A stretch of 64,000 nucleotides of DNA. It comes from Minisyncoccota bacterium (GTDB lineage Bacteria; Patescibacteriota; Minisyncoccia; Phycocordibacterales; Phycocordibacteraceae). The stretch is from positions 556,450 through 620,449 of the forward strand of contig DASWXP010000002.1 of the NCBI GenBank assembly GCA_036405415.1, in the 5' to 3' direction. The translations under genes and the position numbers were made by a program. Numbering within the stretch: the stretch's first letter is position 1; every line of letters starts with the position of its first letter. The notes beneath the pieces are model-generated. The model was not told where the DNA came from. It did not search any database and saw only the letters and a list, made by a program, of their open reading frames with translations. This document shows, one piece after another, positions 52,331 through 63,651 of the stretch.

Positions 52331-53287
52331 ATGATCGACTACTCGCCCGAGTTCAAGCAGAACCATCAGACCGCATATCTTGCGGAGGAGTATGAGCGGT
52401 TGTCGCGCGAGAAGACGGAAGCACTTGAGGCGGCCGGCGAGGACGCGGTGCTTCGCGAGATGGCTGCAGAAGACGAAGCGCGCATCGAGGCACGCCAGAA
52501 GGACATCCTCCTTGAGATCGAGAAGATCCTCGACAAGGAGAAGGAAGAGGCTGCAGCAGCCAAAGCGATCGTGCTTGAGTTCCGCGCAGGCGCAGGCGGC
52601 GACGAGGCGAACCTCTTCGCGCAGGAGCTCCGCGATATGTATATGAAGTACGCGGAAGGGAAGCGCTGGCGCGTGCGCAGCATCGACGACCTCACGCTCG
52701 AGATCGAGAGCGCGGAAGCCTATGAGGCGCTCCGGTACGAGACCGGCGTACATCGCGTGCAGCGCGTTCCGGTTACGGAGAAGTCCGGACGCATCCATAC
52801 CTCTACCGCGTCCGTTGCGGCGCTCCCGATCCGGCAGAAGCCGGTGGTTACGATTAATCCGTCCGACATCGAGATGGAGTTCACCCGCTCAGGAGGTGCC
52901 GGAGGCCAGAACGTGAACAAGGTGGAGACGGCGGTCCGTCTCATCCATACGCCGTCGGGTATCGATGTGCGCTCATCCAGCGAGCGCAGCCAGCTTGCGA
53001 ACCGCGAGAAGGCCATGGCAATCCTCGCCGCGAAGCTCGAGGCGCTTGCTATAGAGAAGGAGGCGTCCGAGCATGCGGCGCTCCGATCCGGCCAGATCGG
53101 CACCGGGGACCGCTCGGAGAAGATCCGGACCTACAACTTCCTCCAGGATCGCGTGACTGACCATCGTCTCAAGGAATCCTGGCACAACCTCCCGAAGATC
53201 CTCCAGGGCGGGATTGACCCTATCGTGGGGGCTCTCCAGGCGGCTGCCGAGAGCGGGGGTATCGGGGCGGCCGAGGATGGCGATTGA
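52331..53287 (+). CDS. prfA: peptide chain release factor 1 (short form)
   Basis: GGQ motif ([20 protein letters not shown]) and PVT tripeptide (RF1-type PxT) in [14 protein letters not shown]. Confidence 0.75.
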   Translation: MIDYSPEFKQNHQTAYLAEEYERLSREKTEALEAAGEDAVLREMAAEDEARIEARQKDILLEIEKILDKEKEEAAAAKAIVLEFRAGAGGDEANLFAQELRDMYMKYAEGKRWRVRSIDDLTLEIESAEAYEALRYETGVHRVQRVPVTEKSGRIHTSTASVAALPIRQKPVVTINPSDIEMEFTRSGGAGGQNVNKVETAVRLIHTPSGIDVRSSSERSQLANREKAMAILAAKLEALAIEKEASEHAALRSGQIGTGDRSEKIRTYNFLQDRVTDHRLKESWHNLPKILQGGIDPIVGALQAAAESGGIGAAEDGD

Positions 53288-53321
53288 TAGGAAAAAGGCC
53301 TTGTGGTAAGCTAGCGAAATC

Positions 53322-54032
53322 ATGACTGAAGTATCACAGACCGCCATGAGCGGCCCTGGCGTTGAGCGTCTATTCGGCGCCGGCGCTCATTTTGCGCAGG
53401 TGAAGAGCCGTCGCCATCCGACCATGCGTCCGTTCGTGCTCGGCGCGAAGTCCAATGTCGAGATCTTCGACCTTAAGAAGACCGATGAGCAGCTCGCGAA
53501 GGCGAAGTCCGTAATGGCAGCGCTCGCACGCGATGGCAAGGTAGTCCTCGTCGTCGGCGGCAAGCGCGAGGCTCAGGACGGCGTAAAGGCAATCGGCAAG
53601 CGCCTCGGCGTTCCGTTCGTCGCCGGCCGCTGGCTCGGCGGTACGCTCACGAACTTCACGGAGATCAAGAAGCGCATCGATCGCCTTGCTGACCTTTCTC
53701 AGAAGCGTGACAACGGCGAGCTCGCAAAGCTCTACACGAAGCTCGAGCGCATCCGCATCGACCGCGAGATCGAGAAGCTCACGACCCGCCTTTCCGGCCT
53801 TACCTCGCTCCAGCGCCGCCCGGACGCGATGGTTATCGTCGATACCCGCCATGAGGCGCATGCGTCCCGCGAGGCACGCGCGCTCGGCATCCCGGTCATC
53901 GGCGTGATGAGCTCTGACTGCGACCTTAAGGACGCGACCTACCCGGTGGTAGTGAACGACGCATCCCGCGACACCATCGCGCTCGTGCTCGACGAGCTCG
54001 CGTCTGCGTACGAGTCAGGCCTCAAGGGCTAG
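53322..54032 (+). CDS. rpsB: ribosomal protein S2
   Basis: GAHFAQVKSRRHPTMRPFVLG..., S2 signature; start possibly ATG 53346. Confidence 0.9.
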   Translation: MTEVSQTAMSGPGVERLFGAGAHFAQVKSRRHPTMRPFVLGAKSNVEIFDLKKTDEQLAKAKSVMAALARDGKVVLVVGGKREAQDGVKAIGKRLGVPFVAGRWLGGTLTNFTEIKKRIDRLADLSQKRDNGELAKLYTKLERIRIDREIEKLTTRLSGLTSLQRRPDAMVIVDTRHEAHASREARALGIPVIGVMSSDCDLKDATYPVVVNDASRDTIALVLDELASAYESGLKG

Positions 54033-54085
54033 TCTCCGTTTTCGCTCCGGTTCCTCTTACTTACATTCAATAGCGCTTCATACCT

Positions 54086-54667
54086 ATGGACATCTCTCTC
54101 GATACCGTTAAGGTCCTCCGCGACAAGACCGGCGTTTCCATCATGCAGTGCCGCAAGGCGCTCGAGGAGGCCGAGGGCGACATGGACAAGGCCGAGGTTA
54201 TCCTGAAGAAGCGCTCCGGCGCGGCTGCCGACAAGAAGGCGGACCGCGAGCTCGGCGCAGGCGCTATCGGCACCTACGTCCATGACGGCGTGGTGGGCGC
54301 GATGGTCCTCCTTTCGTCCGAGACCGACTTCGTATCGAAGAACGAGGAGTTCGGCGATCTCGCGCGCGCTATCGCGATGCACGTCGCCGCAACCAATCCG
54401 GTCTTCCTCTCGTCTGACGAGATCTCTGAGGATAAGAAGGCAGCAGCCATGTCCATCTTCCAGGAGGAGGTGAAGGACAAACCGGCAGAGATGCAGGAGA
54501 AGATTCTCGAGGGCAAGATGGCGTCCTACTTCAAGGACCAGGTGCTCCTCGAGCAGTCCTACATCCGCGACGACTCGAAGACCGTCCGCGACCTCCTCAA
54601 CGAGGCTTCGCAGAAGTTCGGCGAGCGCGTCGAGATCTCCAAGTTCGCGCGCTTCTCAGCTCGCTAG
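54086..54667 (+). CDS. tsf: elongation factor Ts (short form)
   Basis: VKVLRDKTGVSIMQCRKALEEAEGDMDKA UBA-like N-terminus. Confidence 0.85.
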   Translation: MDISLDTVKVLRDKTGVSIMQCRKALEEAEGDMDKAEVILKKRSGAAADKKADRELGAGAIGTYVHDGVVGAMVLLSSETDFVSKNEEFGDLARAIAMHVAATNPVFLSSDEISEDKKAAAMSIFQEEVKDKPAEMQEKILEGKMASYFKDQVLLEQSYIRDDSKTVRDLLNEASQKFGERVEISKFARFSAR

Positions 54668-54668
54668 C

Positions 54669-54692
54669 CGAAGGCCGGGAGACCGGCCTTCT
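54669..54692 (+). terminator. hairpin
   Basis: gaaggccgg-gaga-ccggccttc. Confidence 0.4.
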
Positions 54693-54700
54693 CGCGTATC

Positions 54701-55117
54701 ATGATTTACCTCATCTTCATCGGCGTCTCAGCCCTTCTTCTCGGAGGTTTCTTCCTCCTCATCGCGGTTGAGAGGAATAGCGGAAACCGCGTTCTAGGCT
54801 CCTTCCGCGCGAAGCTTGATCGCAAGGTCTCGCGGACCGCGTTCATAGCGACGCATGTCGACTGGGGCGCGTTTGCACGGCACCTTGCGGGAACGGCGCT
54901 CGAGCGCGTGCTGCATGATATCGCGCATACCATCCTCCAGATGGTCCGCGCAACCGAGAGGATCCTCACGAGGGCTGTGAAGACGCTCCGGGAGCGCCGC
55001 GGCATGCCGGTTGCAGAAGAGGATAGCCAGGACGCGGCGAGCCCGCTCGCTCGAAGTCTCGACCGTGTGCGCACGGCGCTCAGGAGTGCGCGTAAGGCGC
55101 CGAGGAACAAGGCATAA
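54701..55117 (+). CDS. hypothetical membrane-anchored protein
   Basis: N-terminal TM IYLIFIGVSALLLGGFFLLIAV. Confidence 0.3.
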   Translation: MIYLIFIGVSALLLGGFFLLIAVERNSGNRVLGSFRAKLDRKVSRTAFIATHVDWGAFARHLAGTALERVLHDIAHTILQMVRATERILTRAVKTLRERRGMPVAEEDSQDAASPLARSLDRVRTALRSARKAPRNKA

Positions 55118-55160
55118 GAGAAAGCGAGGACCCGGAACGGGCCCTCGCTCGTTTCTTGCT

Positions 55161-55580
55161 TCACGAAGGGAAGAGAAGCGAGAGGTCGCGGAGTGCCTCA
55201 CGCTCGTTGATAGGGCGGTGCACGGCGTTCTCCCACCAAGGCGCGTCTCCCATGCGCTCTTCTGACGCGCCGCTTGCGAACCGCGCGCGCAGGGTGTGCG
55301 GGCGACAGCGACGGGGATCGCTATCATCTCCCACGACCTCAAGGAGCCGGTCGATGCTCGCAACCTCAAGGAGAAGCGCGATGCCGTCCATGCCGCAGAG
55401 TCGCGCGGCTATGGCGTCCCGCGCGCTCTGGTCCATGTGGTCGTAGAGCGCGTGCACGAGCGCTTTTGTGTAGGTGATACGCTTCTCGCGAATAATCGAG
55501 ACTCCCTCATTCTTAAGCGCAGCGACAATCTCGTCACGGCGCCCAGTCGCCTTAGGCTTGATGATGCAGCACGCACGCAT
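55161..55580 (-). CDS. nucleoside-diphosphate-kinase-like protein (divergent)
   Basis: CCIIKPKATGRRDEIVAALKNEGVSII resembles NDK N-terminus; NAVHRPINEREALRDLSLLF resembles the NIIHGSDS...E..WF end. Confidence 0.45.
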   Translation of the reverse strand: MRACCIIKPKATGRRDEIVAALKNEGVSIIREKRITYTKALVHALYDHMDQSARDAIAARLCGMDGIALLLEVASIDRLLEVVGDDSDPRRCRPHTLRARFASGASEERMGDAPWWENAVHRPINEREALRDLSLLFPS

Positions 55581-55679
55581 GGCTTCCTCCTAACGAACCA
55601 AGGTCCAGTGAGAATATAGGAAGCGGTTGATAGGAGTTTCCTGGATTAAACATAAAGTTTCCGGTATCGTAGCGTAATC

Positions 55680-55752
55680 GCCGGGATAGCTCAGTTGGTA
55701 GAGCAACGGTTTTGTAAACCGTAGGTCGCGAGTTCAAGCCTCGCTCCCGGCT
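55680..55752 (+). tRNA. tRNA-Thr (anticodon UGU)
   Basis: Cloverleaf folded by hand: acceptor GCCGGGA/TCCCGGC, D stem GCTC/GAGC, anticodon stem ACGGT/ACCGT with loop TTTGTAA, T stem GCGAG/CTCGC with loop TTCAAGC; 73 nt, CCA not encoded. Confidence 0.85.
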
Positions 55753-55762
55753 CAGGCAAGAG

Positions 55763-55794
55763 AAAAGCGCCCGAGGGAATCCTCGGGCGCTTTT
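55763..55794. terminator. bidirectional rho-independent terminator
   Basis: aaaagcgcccgagg-gaat-cctcgggcgctttt. Confidence 0.6.
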
Positions 55795-55808
55795 CTCATT
55801 CATTACTC

Positions 55809-56492
55809 CTACTCTTCGCCTTCAGCGTCTGTCGAGCTCGCCATCTCAAACAGCTCCTCAGGGAAGCGTTCCTCGAACGTCTCGAGGTCCTCGAATCCGT
55901 ACGAACGCTCGCCCTCGATAACGAAGGCAGGGAAGCGTTCGTCGATCTTCTCGACCGCGATAAGCGTCTTGAGGGCTCCGAGGTCGAGATTGTAGTCGAA
56001 CGAGTAGACGCGGAGCCCCGGGTACGTCTGGCGGAGGTAGGAGAGCGCGTAGCTGGCGCGGTCACAGCTCTCGCAGGCGCCCGGCTCGTTGGAGTAGAAG
56101 TAGAGCGCGGTCACCGGCTCCACATCGCAGGTGTCCGCGATGCGCTTCGTGAGGAGGTAGTCGCGGATCTGAAGCAGCGTGTACTGCTTCTTGATGCGGA
56201 TAACCTCAGGGTTGTCGCTTCCGAGACGCGATTCGGTAGCGCCGAGACGATCGCCGAGGAGCGATACCTCCTGTGTGAGGTCCGTACCGACCGAGAGATC
56301 CTCGCACGGCGCGTCCTCGAGTAGGGCGAACTGCGTCTCGATGGAGAGGGTGTCGGTGGCGAGCTGCGCCTGGATGGCGTCGAGTTCGGCGATGCGCTGG
56401 CGATCGAGATGATTGATCGCGGCGACGATGGTGCCGAAGATGGCGACAGTAATCGCGAGGGCGAGCAAGGCGTTTCGGGTAGCGAGAGGCAT
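55809..56492 (-). CDS. hypothetical membrane-anchored protein with CxxC motif (possible thioredoxin-like)
   Basis: N-terminal TM; NEPGACESCD motif; acidic C-terminus. Confidence 0.35.
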   Translation of the reverse strand: MPLATRNALLALAITVAIFGTIVAAINHLDRQRIAELDAIQAQLATDTLSIETQFALLEDAPCEDLSVGTDLTQEVSLLGDRLGATESRLGSDNPEVIRIKKQYTLLQIRDYLLTKRIADTCDVEPVTALYFYSNEPGACESCDRASYALSYLRQTYPGLRVYSFDYNLDLGALKTLIAVEKIDERFPAFVIEGERSYGFEDLETFEERFPEELFEMASSTDAEGEE

Positions 56493-56514
56493 GGTACGGG
56501 ATTAGATATAAGAG

Positions 56515-57753
56515 CTAGCGCCAGGCACGGCGCTTGCCGGTAAGCACATCATACATGGAACGCATGAGCCAGAACGGGGCGATGAAGGCGTAGATGAACG
56601 TGTATCCCACGATGCCGAGCGCCACCTTCGCCGGCGTGTTCGAGACGTGGCGGCCGATAAGGACGAGGGAGATCGAAAGGACGCCCACCACCACGCTCGC
56701 AAGGAGTATGAACGTGACGGGCACGTAGAACCAGTCGAGCGCGACGCGGGGCGTAAGGGTGTAGGCAAGCGGGATGCCGCTCGCAAGCGAGAGCGAGCGG
56801 TACACGCCCTGCGCGAGCGCAAGGAGCGCCACGAAGAAGAGGAACGCGCCGCCTACGATAGCCACGAAACCCAAGGGGAGGACCATGAGGCCGAGCGTGC
56901 CGTACTTCGGGTTGCCAACGAGGTCCCGATAATCGGTCATCACGTTCCGTAGGAAGCCGGTGGTCCAGCGGGTGCGCTGCTTGATGAGCTTCGGCACCGA
57001 GCGAGGAACCTTCGTGTAGACCCGGGCGCGCGGCGCGTTCTCGATCTCATAGCCTGCGCGCTGCATGCGGAGCGCCATCTCCATGTCCTCGGCCTGATGC
57101 GCGTGGCGGAAGCCGCCGATCTCCTCGATCACGGAGCGGCGGTAGAAGGAGAACGGGCCCGGGGTTACGTAGATGCCGTTCACGGCAGAAAGGGCATGGC
57201 GCGCGGCGATCCCGATGATGTACTCGGCGTTCTGCATCTGCTCGAGCAGGTTCTTCGGCTGGAACACCGACATGGCCGGGGTGGCAGCCGCCACCTTCGG
57301 GCTGTCGAAGGAGCCGATGATCTCGCGGAGCGCGTCAGGCGCTACGAACGAATCGGCGTCGAGGCATCCTACGAACTCGGCGTCCTTCGCGTGCTCGATG
57401 CCGAGATTGATCGCGGTGTGCTTCCCGCCGTTCTCCTTATGAATGACGGTTATCTGCGGATTCCCCACATACGCGTCCATAACTTCCTTCGTGTTATCGG
57501 TAGAGCCGTCGTTCACGAGGATGATCTCGAGCCTGTCTTTCGGATAGTCGAGCGCGAGAAGCGAGTTCACGGTCCCGCCGATGGTGTCCTGCTCGTTCCA
57601 GCAGGGAACGATGATCGCCACCTTGGGCGTGTTCGTCGCGGCAGCGCGGAGCCGGCGCTCCTTGGCCGGTTGCGAGAGGAAGGTTAGAAGCATGAAGACC
57701 TCAAAATAGAGGCCGAGGAACACGAACGGGTAGGCGAGTACCTCGAGGTTCAT
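56515..57753 (-). CDS. GT2-family processive glycosyltransferase (membrane-integrated, Q-x-x-RW-type)
   Basis: IIVPCWNE...LVNDGSTD...LDADS...QRTRWTTG motifs; multiple TM helices at both ends. Confidence 0.65.
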   Translation of the reverse strand: MNLEVLAYPFVFLGLYFEVFMLLTFLSQPAKERRLRAAATNTPKVAIIVPCWNEQDTIGGTVNSLLALDYPKDRLEIILVNDGSTDNTKEVMDAYVGNPQITVIHKENGGKHTAINLGIEHAKDAEFVGCLDADSFVAPDALREIIGSFDSPKVAAATPAMSVFQPKNLLEQMQNAEYIIGIAARHALSAVNGIYVTPGPFSFYRRSVIEEIGGFRHAHQAEDMEMALRMQRAGYEIENAPRARVYTKVPRSVPKLIKQRTRWTTGFLRNVMTDYRDLVGNPKYGTLGLMVLPLGFVAIVGGAFLFFVALLALAQGVYRSLSLASGIPLAYTLTPRVALDWFYVPVTFILLASVVVGVLSISLVLIGRHVSNTPAKVALGIVGYTFIYAFIAPFWLMRSMYDVLTGKRRAWR

Positions 57754-57813
57754 AGATGCCAGAGCGTTCTCGTAAGCATAGCAAATACGCCTGTTTTTTC
57801 TAGGTTTCCGCTG

Positions 57814-57819
57814 TATACT
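57814..57819 (+). promoter_or_regulatory. -10-like TATACT 9 nt upstream of pheS ATG
   Basis: ctgtatactgcggaagac-ATG. Confidence 0.35.
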
Positions 57820-57828
57820 GCGGAAGAC

Positions 57829-58557
57829 ATGGATTCGGGACGCTTGCATCCGCTCTCAGCAGACATTCGCCAGATCGCGGCGATATTCGCGCGCATGGGA
57901 TTCGGGATCGCCTACGGCCCTGAGCTCGAGGACGAGCATCATAACTTCGATGCACTGCGCATGCCTGCGGATCATCCGGCACGCGACATGCAGGATACGT
58001 TCTGGACGAAGGAAGAGACGCCTCGTGCGCCACGCACGCATACCACGTCAGTTACGATCCGCTGCCTCGAAGAGATGGCGAAGAGCGGACAGTCCGAAGC
58101 GCGCATGATTGCTCCTGCGAAGGTGTTTAGAAACGAGGCGACCGACGCGACGCATGAGGCGCAGTTCTATCAGCTCGACGGGTTCGCCGTAGGACCGAAG
58201 GGAACGGTTACGCTCGCGCACTTGAAGGGAACGTTCGACTATTTCTATCGCCAGTATCTCGGCGAGGACGCGAAGGTGCGCTTCCGTCCGAGCTTCTTCC
58301 CGTTCGTCGAGCCGGGCGTCGAGATCGACGTGTGGTACGAGGTTCCCGGCAAGAAGGGCAGGTGGCTCGAGACCGGTGGCGCAGGCATGCTCCATCCTGA
58401 AGTCATCAGGAACGCTGGCCTCGATCCTGATAAGATCGCTGGCTTTGCGTTTGGGGGCGGTATTGAGCGACTTCTTATGGTGAAGTACGGCATCCCGGAC
58501 GTGCGCGCCTTCCATAACGGCGATATCCGCTTCACATACGGGTTCGATCCCGCATAG
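57829..58557 (+). CDS. pheS: phenylalanine--tRNA ligase alpha subunit (short form)
   Basis: Class II aaRS motifs (FRPSFFPFVEPGVEIDV, GAGMLHPEV, GFAFGGGIERL). Confidence 0.85.
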   Translation: MDSGRLHPLSADIRQIAAIFARMGFGIAYGPELEDEHHNFDALRMPADHPARDMQDTFWTKEETPRAPRTHTTSVTIRCLEEMAKSGQSEARMIAPAKVFRNEATDATHEAQFYQLDGFAVGPKGTVTLAHLKGTFDYFYRQYLGEDAKVRFRPSFFPFVEPGVEIDVWYEVPGKKGRWLETGGAGMLHPEVIRNAGLDPDKIAGFAFGGGIERLLMVKYGIPDVRAFHNGDIRFTYGFDPA

Positions 58558-58560
58558 CAT

Positions 58561-60465
58561 ATGAGGATATCCAAGAAATGGCTCCAGCAATACTTTGACT
58601 CAGCGCTCCCAGACACGGAGGCGCTTTCGGACGCGCTCACGTTCCATGTCGCAGAGATTGAAGAGGCTACGAGTGACATGCTCGATGTTAAGGCGCTTCC
58701 GGACCGGGCGGCGTACCTCATGTCGCACCGCGGTGTTGCGCTTGAGCTCGGGGCAGCGCTCGGAATGCCTCTCAAGTCTGATCCGCTCCGAAAGGAGCTT
58801 CCGGTGTTCCCTGAAACCGACGAGCTCTCGGTCTCGCTCGATGCGGAAGGCAAATGCAATCGCTACATGGGCGCCCTCGTGAAGGGCGTGAAGGTCGGCC
58901 CGTCCCCGGCATGGCTCAAGGAGGCGCTTGAGTCCGTAGGACAGCGCTCCATCAACAACGTCGTGGACGCTACGAACTACGTGATGCTCAATATCGGGCA
59001 GCCGCTCCATGCGTTCGACGCGAAGAAGCTCTCCGTGCGCGACGGCAAGTACGCCATCGCTGTCCGCATCGCTACCGAAGGAGAGGCGTTCACGTCGCTT
59101 ACGGGAGAGGAGTACGCGCTTCCGGAGGGAACGCTTGTAATTGTCGACGGCAACAATGACGCGGTGCTCGGTGTGGCCGGTGTGAAAGGCGGGAAGGAAG
59201 CGCAGGTGGATGAGCGTACTACTGACCTTGTCATCGAAGCGGCGAACTTCGACGGCACGCAGGTGCGCCGCACCGCGCAGAAACTGAAGCTCTTCACCGA
59301 TGCGTCTTCGCGCTTCCAGAATCGTCCATCTCCTGCACTCGCCGCCTACGGCATGCGCGACGTGCTCGCGCTCATAACGGATATCGCAGGCGGCACGGTA
59401 GCGGGCGTCACGGATATCTATCCAAATCCTGAGGAGCCTCAAACGGTGTCGGCCTCTTTGCTTGAGGTGAACGCGGTGCTCGGCACGTCACTTTCCATGG
59501 ACGAGGTGCGTGCAGCGCTCACGCGCCTCTCGTTCTCCTTCGAGGAAGTCGAGGACCGATTCATCGTCCTCGTGCCGTTCGAGCGTCGGGACCTTTCTAT
59601 ACCTGAAGACCTGATCGAAGAGATAGGCCGTACGATCGGATACGACTCCATTGCTGGTGTGCAGCTCCCGGTATCAGCAGGCGAGCCGGAGCAGGCACGC
59701 TATCGCGGCATCGAGCGCGTGAAGGACTTCCTTATCGAGCGCGGCTACGCAGAAGTGTCCACGCCGTCGTTCGCAGGAGAGGGTGAGGTCCTGCTCGCGA
59801 ATCCGCTCCAGGAGGAGAAGCCGTACCTGCGCGCTTCGCTCATCGAGAACGTAAAGGATGCGCTTACGCGCGCCGCTCAGCTCGCGCCGCGCGTGATAGG
59901 GCCGGAGCAGTTTGTGCGGCTCTTTGAGGTGGGGAACGTATTCACGGCGAAGGGAGAGCATCTCGTCCTTTCGGTGGGTGCAGTGCCGCTTTCAGGAAAG
60001 CCTGCTAAGGCAGCGGAGCTCCTTCAGCAGGACGTACTCGCGCTCTCGCAGGATCTTGTCGGCGCTCCGCTAACGCCGCGCTACAGCCTCGACGGGCAGG
60101 TCATGGAGTTCGATCTCGGTGCGCTCAATCTCGAGAAGCTCGGGGAGGACTATGCGCCGAAGACGGTACGCTTAGGAGCGTTCCGTCCGTATTCCCAGTA
60201 TCCGTTCGCGCTCCGCGATATCGCGGTGTGGACGCCTGAAGGAACGACCGAGAGCGAAGTGGCGAACGCCATCGTGAAGGATGCCGGAGCATTCCTCGTG
60301 CGTCTCGACTGCTTCGACCGCTTCGAGAAGGAAGGCAGGACCTCCTACGCGTTCCGCCTCGTGTTCGAGTCTATGGAGCGCACCCTCGCTGATACGGATC
60401 TCGATCCTGCTATGCAGCGGGTTACCGACGGCCTGAACGCGAGAGATGGCTGGGAAGTGCGCTAA
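58561..60465 (+). CDS. pheT: phenylalanine--tRNA ligase beta subunit (short form)
   Basis: MRISKKWLQQYF start and B3/4 domain motifs. Confidence 0.85.
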   Translation: MRISKKWLQQYFDSALPDTEALSDALTFHVAEIEEATSDMLDVKALPDRAAYLMSHRGVALELGAALGMPLKSDPLRKELPVFPETDELSVSLDAEGKCNRYMGALVKGVKVGPSPAWLKEALESVGQRSINNVVDATNYVMLNIGQPLHAFDAKKLSVRDGKYAIAVRIATEGEAFTSLTGEEYALPEGTLVIVDGNNDAVLGVAGVKGGKEAQVDERTTDLVIEAANFDGTQVRRTAQKLKLFTDASSRFQNRPSPALAAYGMRDVLALITDIAGGTVAGVTDIYPNPEEPQTVSASLLEVNAVLGTSLSMDEVRAALTRLSFSFEEVEDRFIVLVPFERRDLSIPEDLIEEIGRTIGYDSIAGVQLPVSAGEPEQARYRGIERVKDFLIERGYAEVSTPSFAGEGEVLLANPLQEEKPYLRASLIENVKDALTRAAQLAPRVIGPEQFVRLFEVGNVFTAKGEHLVLSVGAVPLSGKPAKAAELLQQDVLALSQDLVGAPLTPRYSLDGQVMEFDLGALNLEKLGEDYAPKTVRLGAFRPYSQYPFALRDIAVWTPEGTTESEVANAIVKDAGAFLVRLDCFDRFEKEGRTSYAFRLVFESMERTLADTDLDPAMQRVTDGLNARDGWEVR

Positions 60466-60479
60466 ATAAGCCATATTAG

Positions 60480-62639
<2,160 letters not shown>

Positions 62640-62650
62640 GCGACACAAGG

Positions 62651-62682
62651 AAAAGCCCTCGCTCATAGGAGCGAGGGCTTTT
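62651..62682. terminator. bidirectional rho-independent terminator
   Basis: aaaagccctcgc-...-gcgagggctttt. Confidence 0.6.
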
Positions 62683-62707
62683 CTGTAAGGAGAAGGGAAA
62701 CGACGTC

Positions 62708-63475
62708 CTAGTCCTCGATGTCGACGGTGACCGAACGGTCGTTGTTGCTCTCGTTCGACTCGCGTACGTCATCATCCTGATCAACCGTGATCTCGATGCG
62801 GCGGTTGTTACCTTCGCGCGTCTGGTCGAAGCCCATCACGTACTCGATGCGCTCGCCCGGACGAAGAGACTGCTGCGTCTTCGAGCTGTAGGTGTAGCCG
62901 CGGGTCGTCGGGAGCTCGGCCTCGAAGTCGAAGCGTCCTGATACGTTGGTGCCGCGGTTTGCGATCGTGAACTTCACGGCGCCACGCTCGCCATCCGGAA
63001 CGCGGCTCGATGCGCGGAAGGAGCTCGTGTTCGAGGATGAGAGGTAGCCGGTCTGGACATTCTCGATGACGAGGTCCGGAAGGCCGTAGTAATTGGTAGA
63101 TGCCGGGACCTGGACCGGGATGACGGTCGTGGTCGGAGTGCCTGGACGAGGATTGGTCGTCACGGTGCCTCCCGTAGCCGGGGTGGTGGTAGGCGTCGAG
63201 GTGGCAACCTCAGCGTCGTCACCGAACGGTACGGTCTCGGTCGGAGGCACGACCACGAGGTCGGTGTCTCCCTCGTCAGAAGGGAAGACCTGGGACGAGA
63301 GGTATACCGCTGCGGAGCCTACGCGAGAGAGCGCAGCCGGAACGAAGGTCGCCGCGTAGATAGCGAGCGCCATGCCGATAAGGATAAGCACGATGAAGCC
63401 GACGATCGCGAGCGCGTTCACCGCCGCCTGGCGGGAACCCGAACGGGTCGTTGTACGGATGGTTGTCGTTTCCAT
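62708..63475 (-). CDS. membrane-anchored surface protein with Thr/Pro-rich linker and CARDB-like domain
   Basis: N-terminal TM helix; TPTTTPATGGTVTT linker; ESNESNNDRSVTV CARDB-like end. Confidence 0.45.
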   Translation of the reverse strand: METTTIRTTTRSGSRQAAVNALAIVGFIVLILIGMALAIYAATFVPAALSRVGSAAVYLSSQVFPSDEGDTDLVVVPPTETVPFGDDAEVATSTPTTTPATGGTVTTNPRPGTPTTTVIPVQVPASTNYYGLPDLVIENVQTGYLSSSNTSSFRASSRVPDGERGAVKFTIANRGTNVSGRFDFEAELPTTRGYTYSSKTQQSLRPGERIEYVMGFDQTREGNNRRIEITVDQDDDVRESNESNNDRSVTVDIED

Positions 63476-63609
63476 ATGTCACCCTATATACCACAGCCTA
63501 TATTTTCTGTCAAATCTCTGGTCTGGCAGGACCAGGAGCCTTCAGCATACCTTCAGGTACCTGACGGTAGGGTGAGGGAAGCCCTTCGCCTCCCTGGACC
63601 CAGTCAGGC

Positions 63610-63637
63610 TTGACAAATACTAGTTAGAATGTAATAT
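63610..63637 (+). promoter_or_regulatory. sigma70-like promoter, TTGACA-16 nt-TAATAT
   Basis: cTTGACAaatactagttagaatgTAATATagc, 14 nt upstream of ATG 63652. Confidence 0.45.
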
Positions 63638-63651
63638 AGCCAAGTCCAGGT

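Noticed and set aside
55680-55800. tRNA-Thr as an integration hotspot for a genomic island
   Set aside because: Flanked by an NDK-like gene and a terminator plus ordinary genes. No integrase or direct repeat of the tRNA 3' end nearby.
58600-59442. 280-aa minus-strand ORF
   Set aside because: Antisense to pheT.
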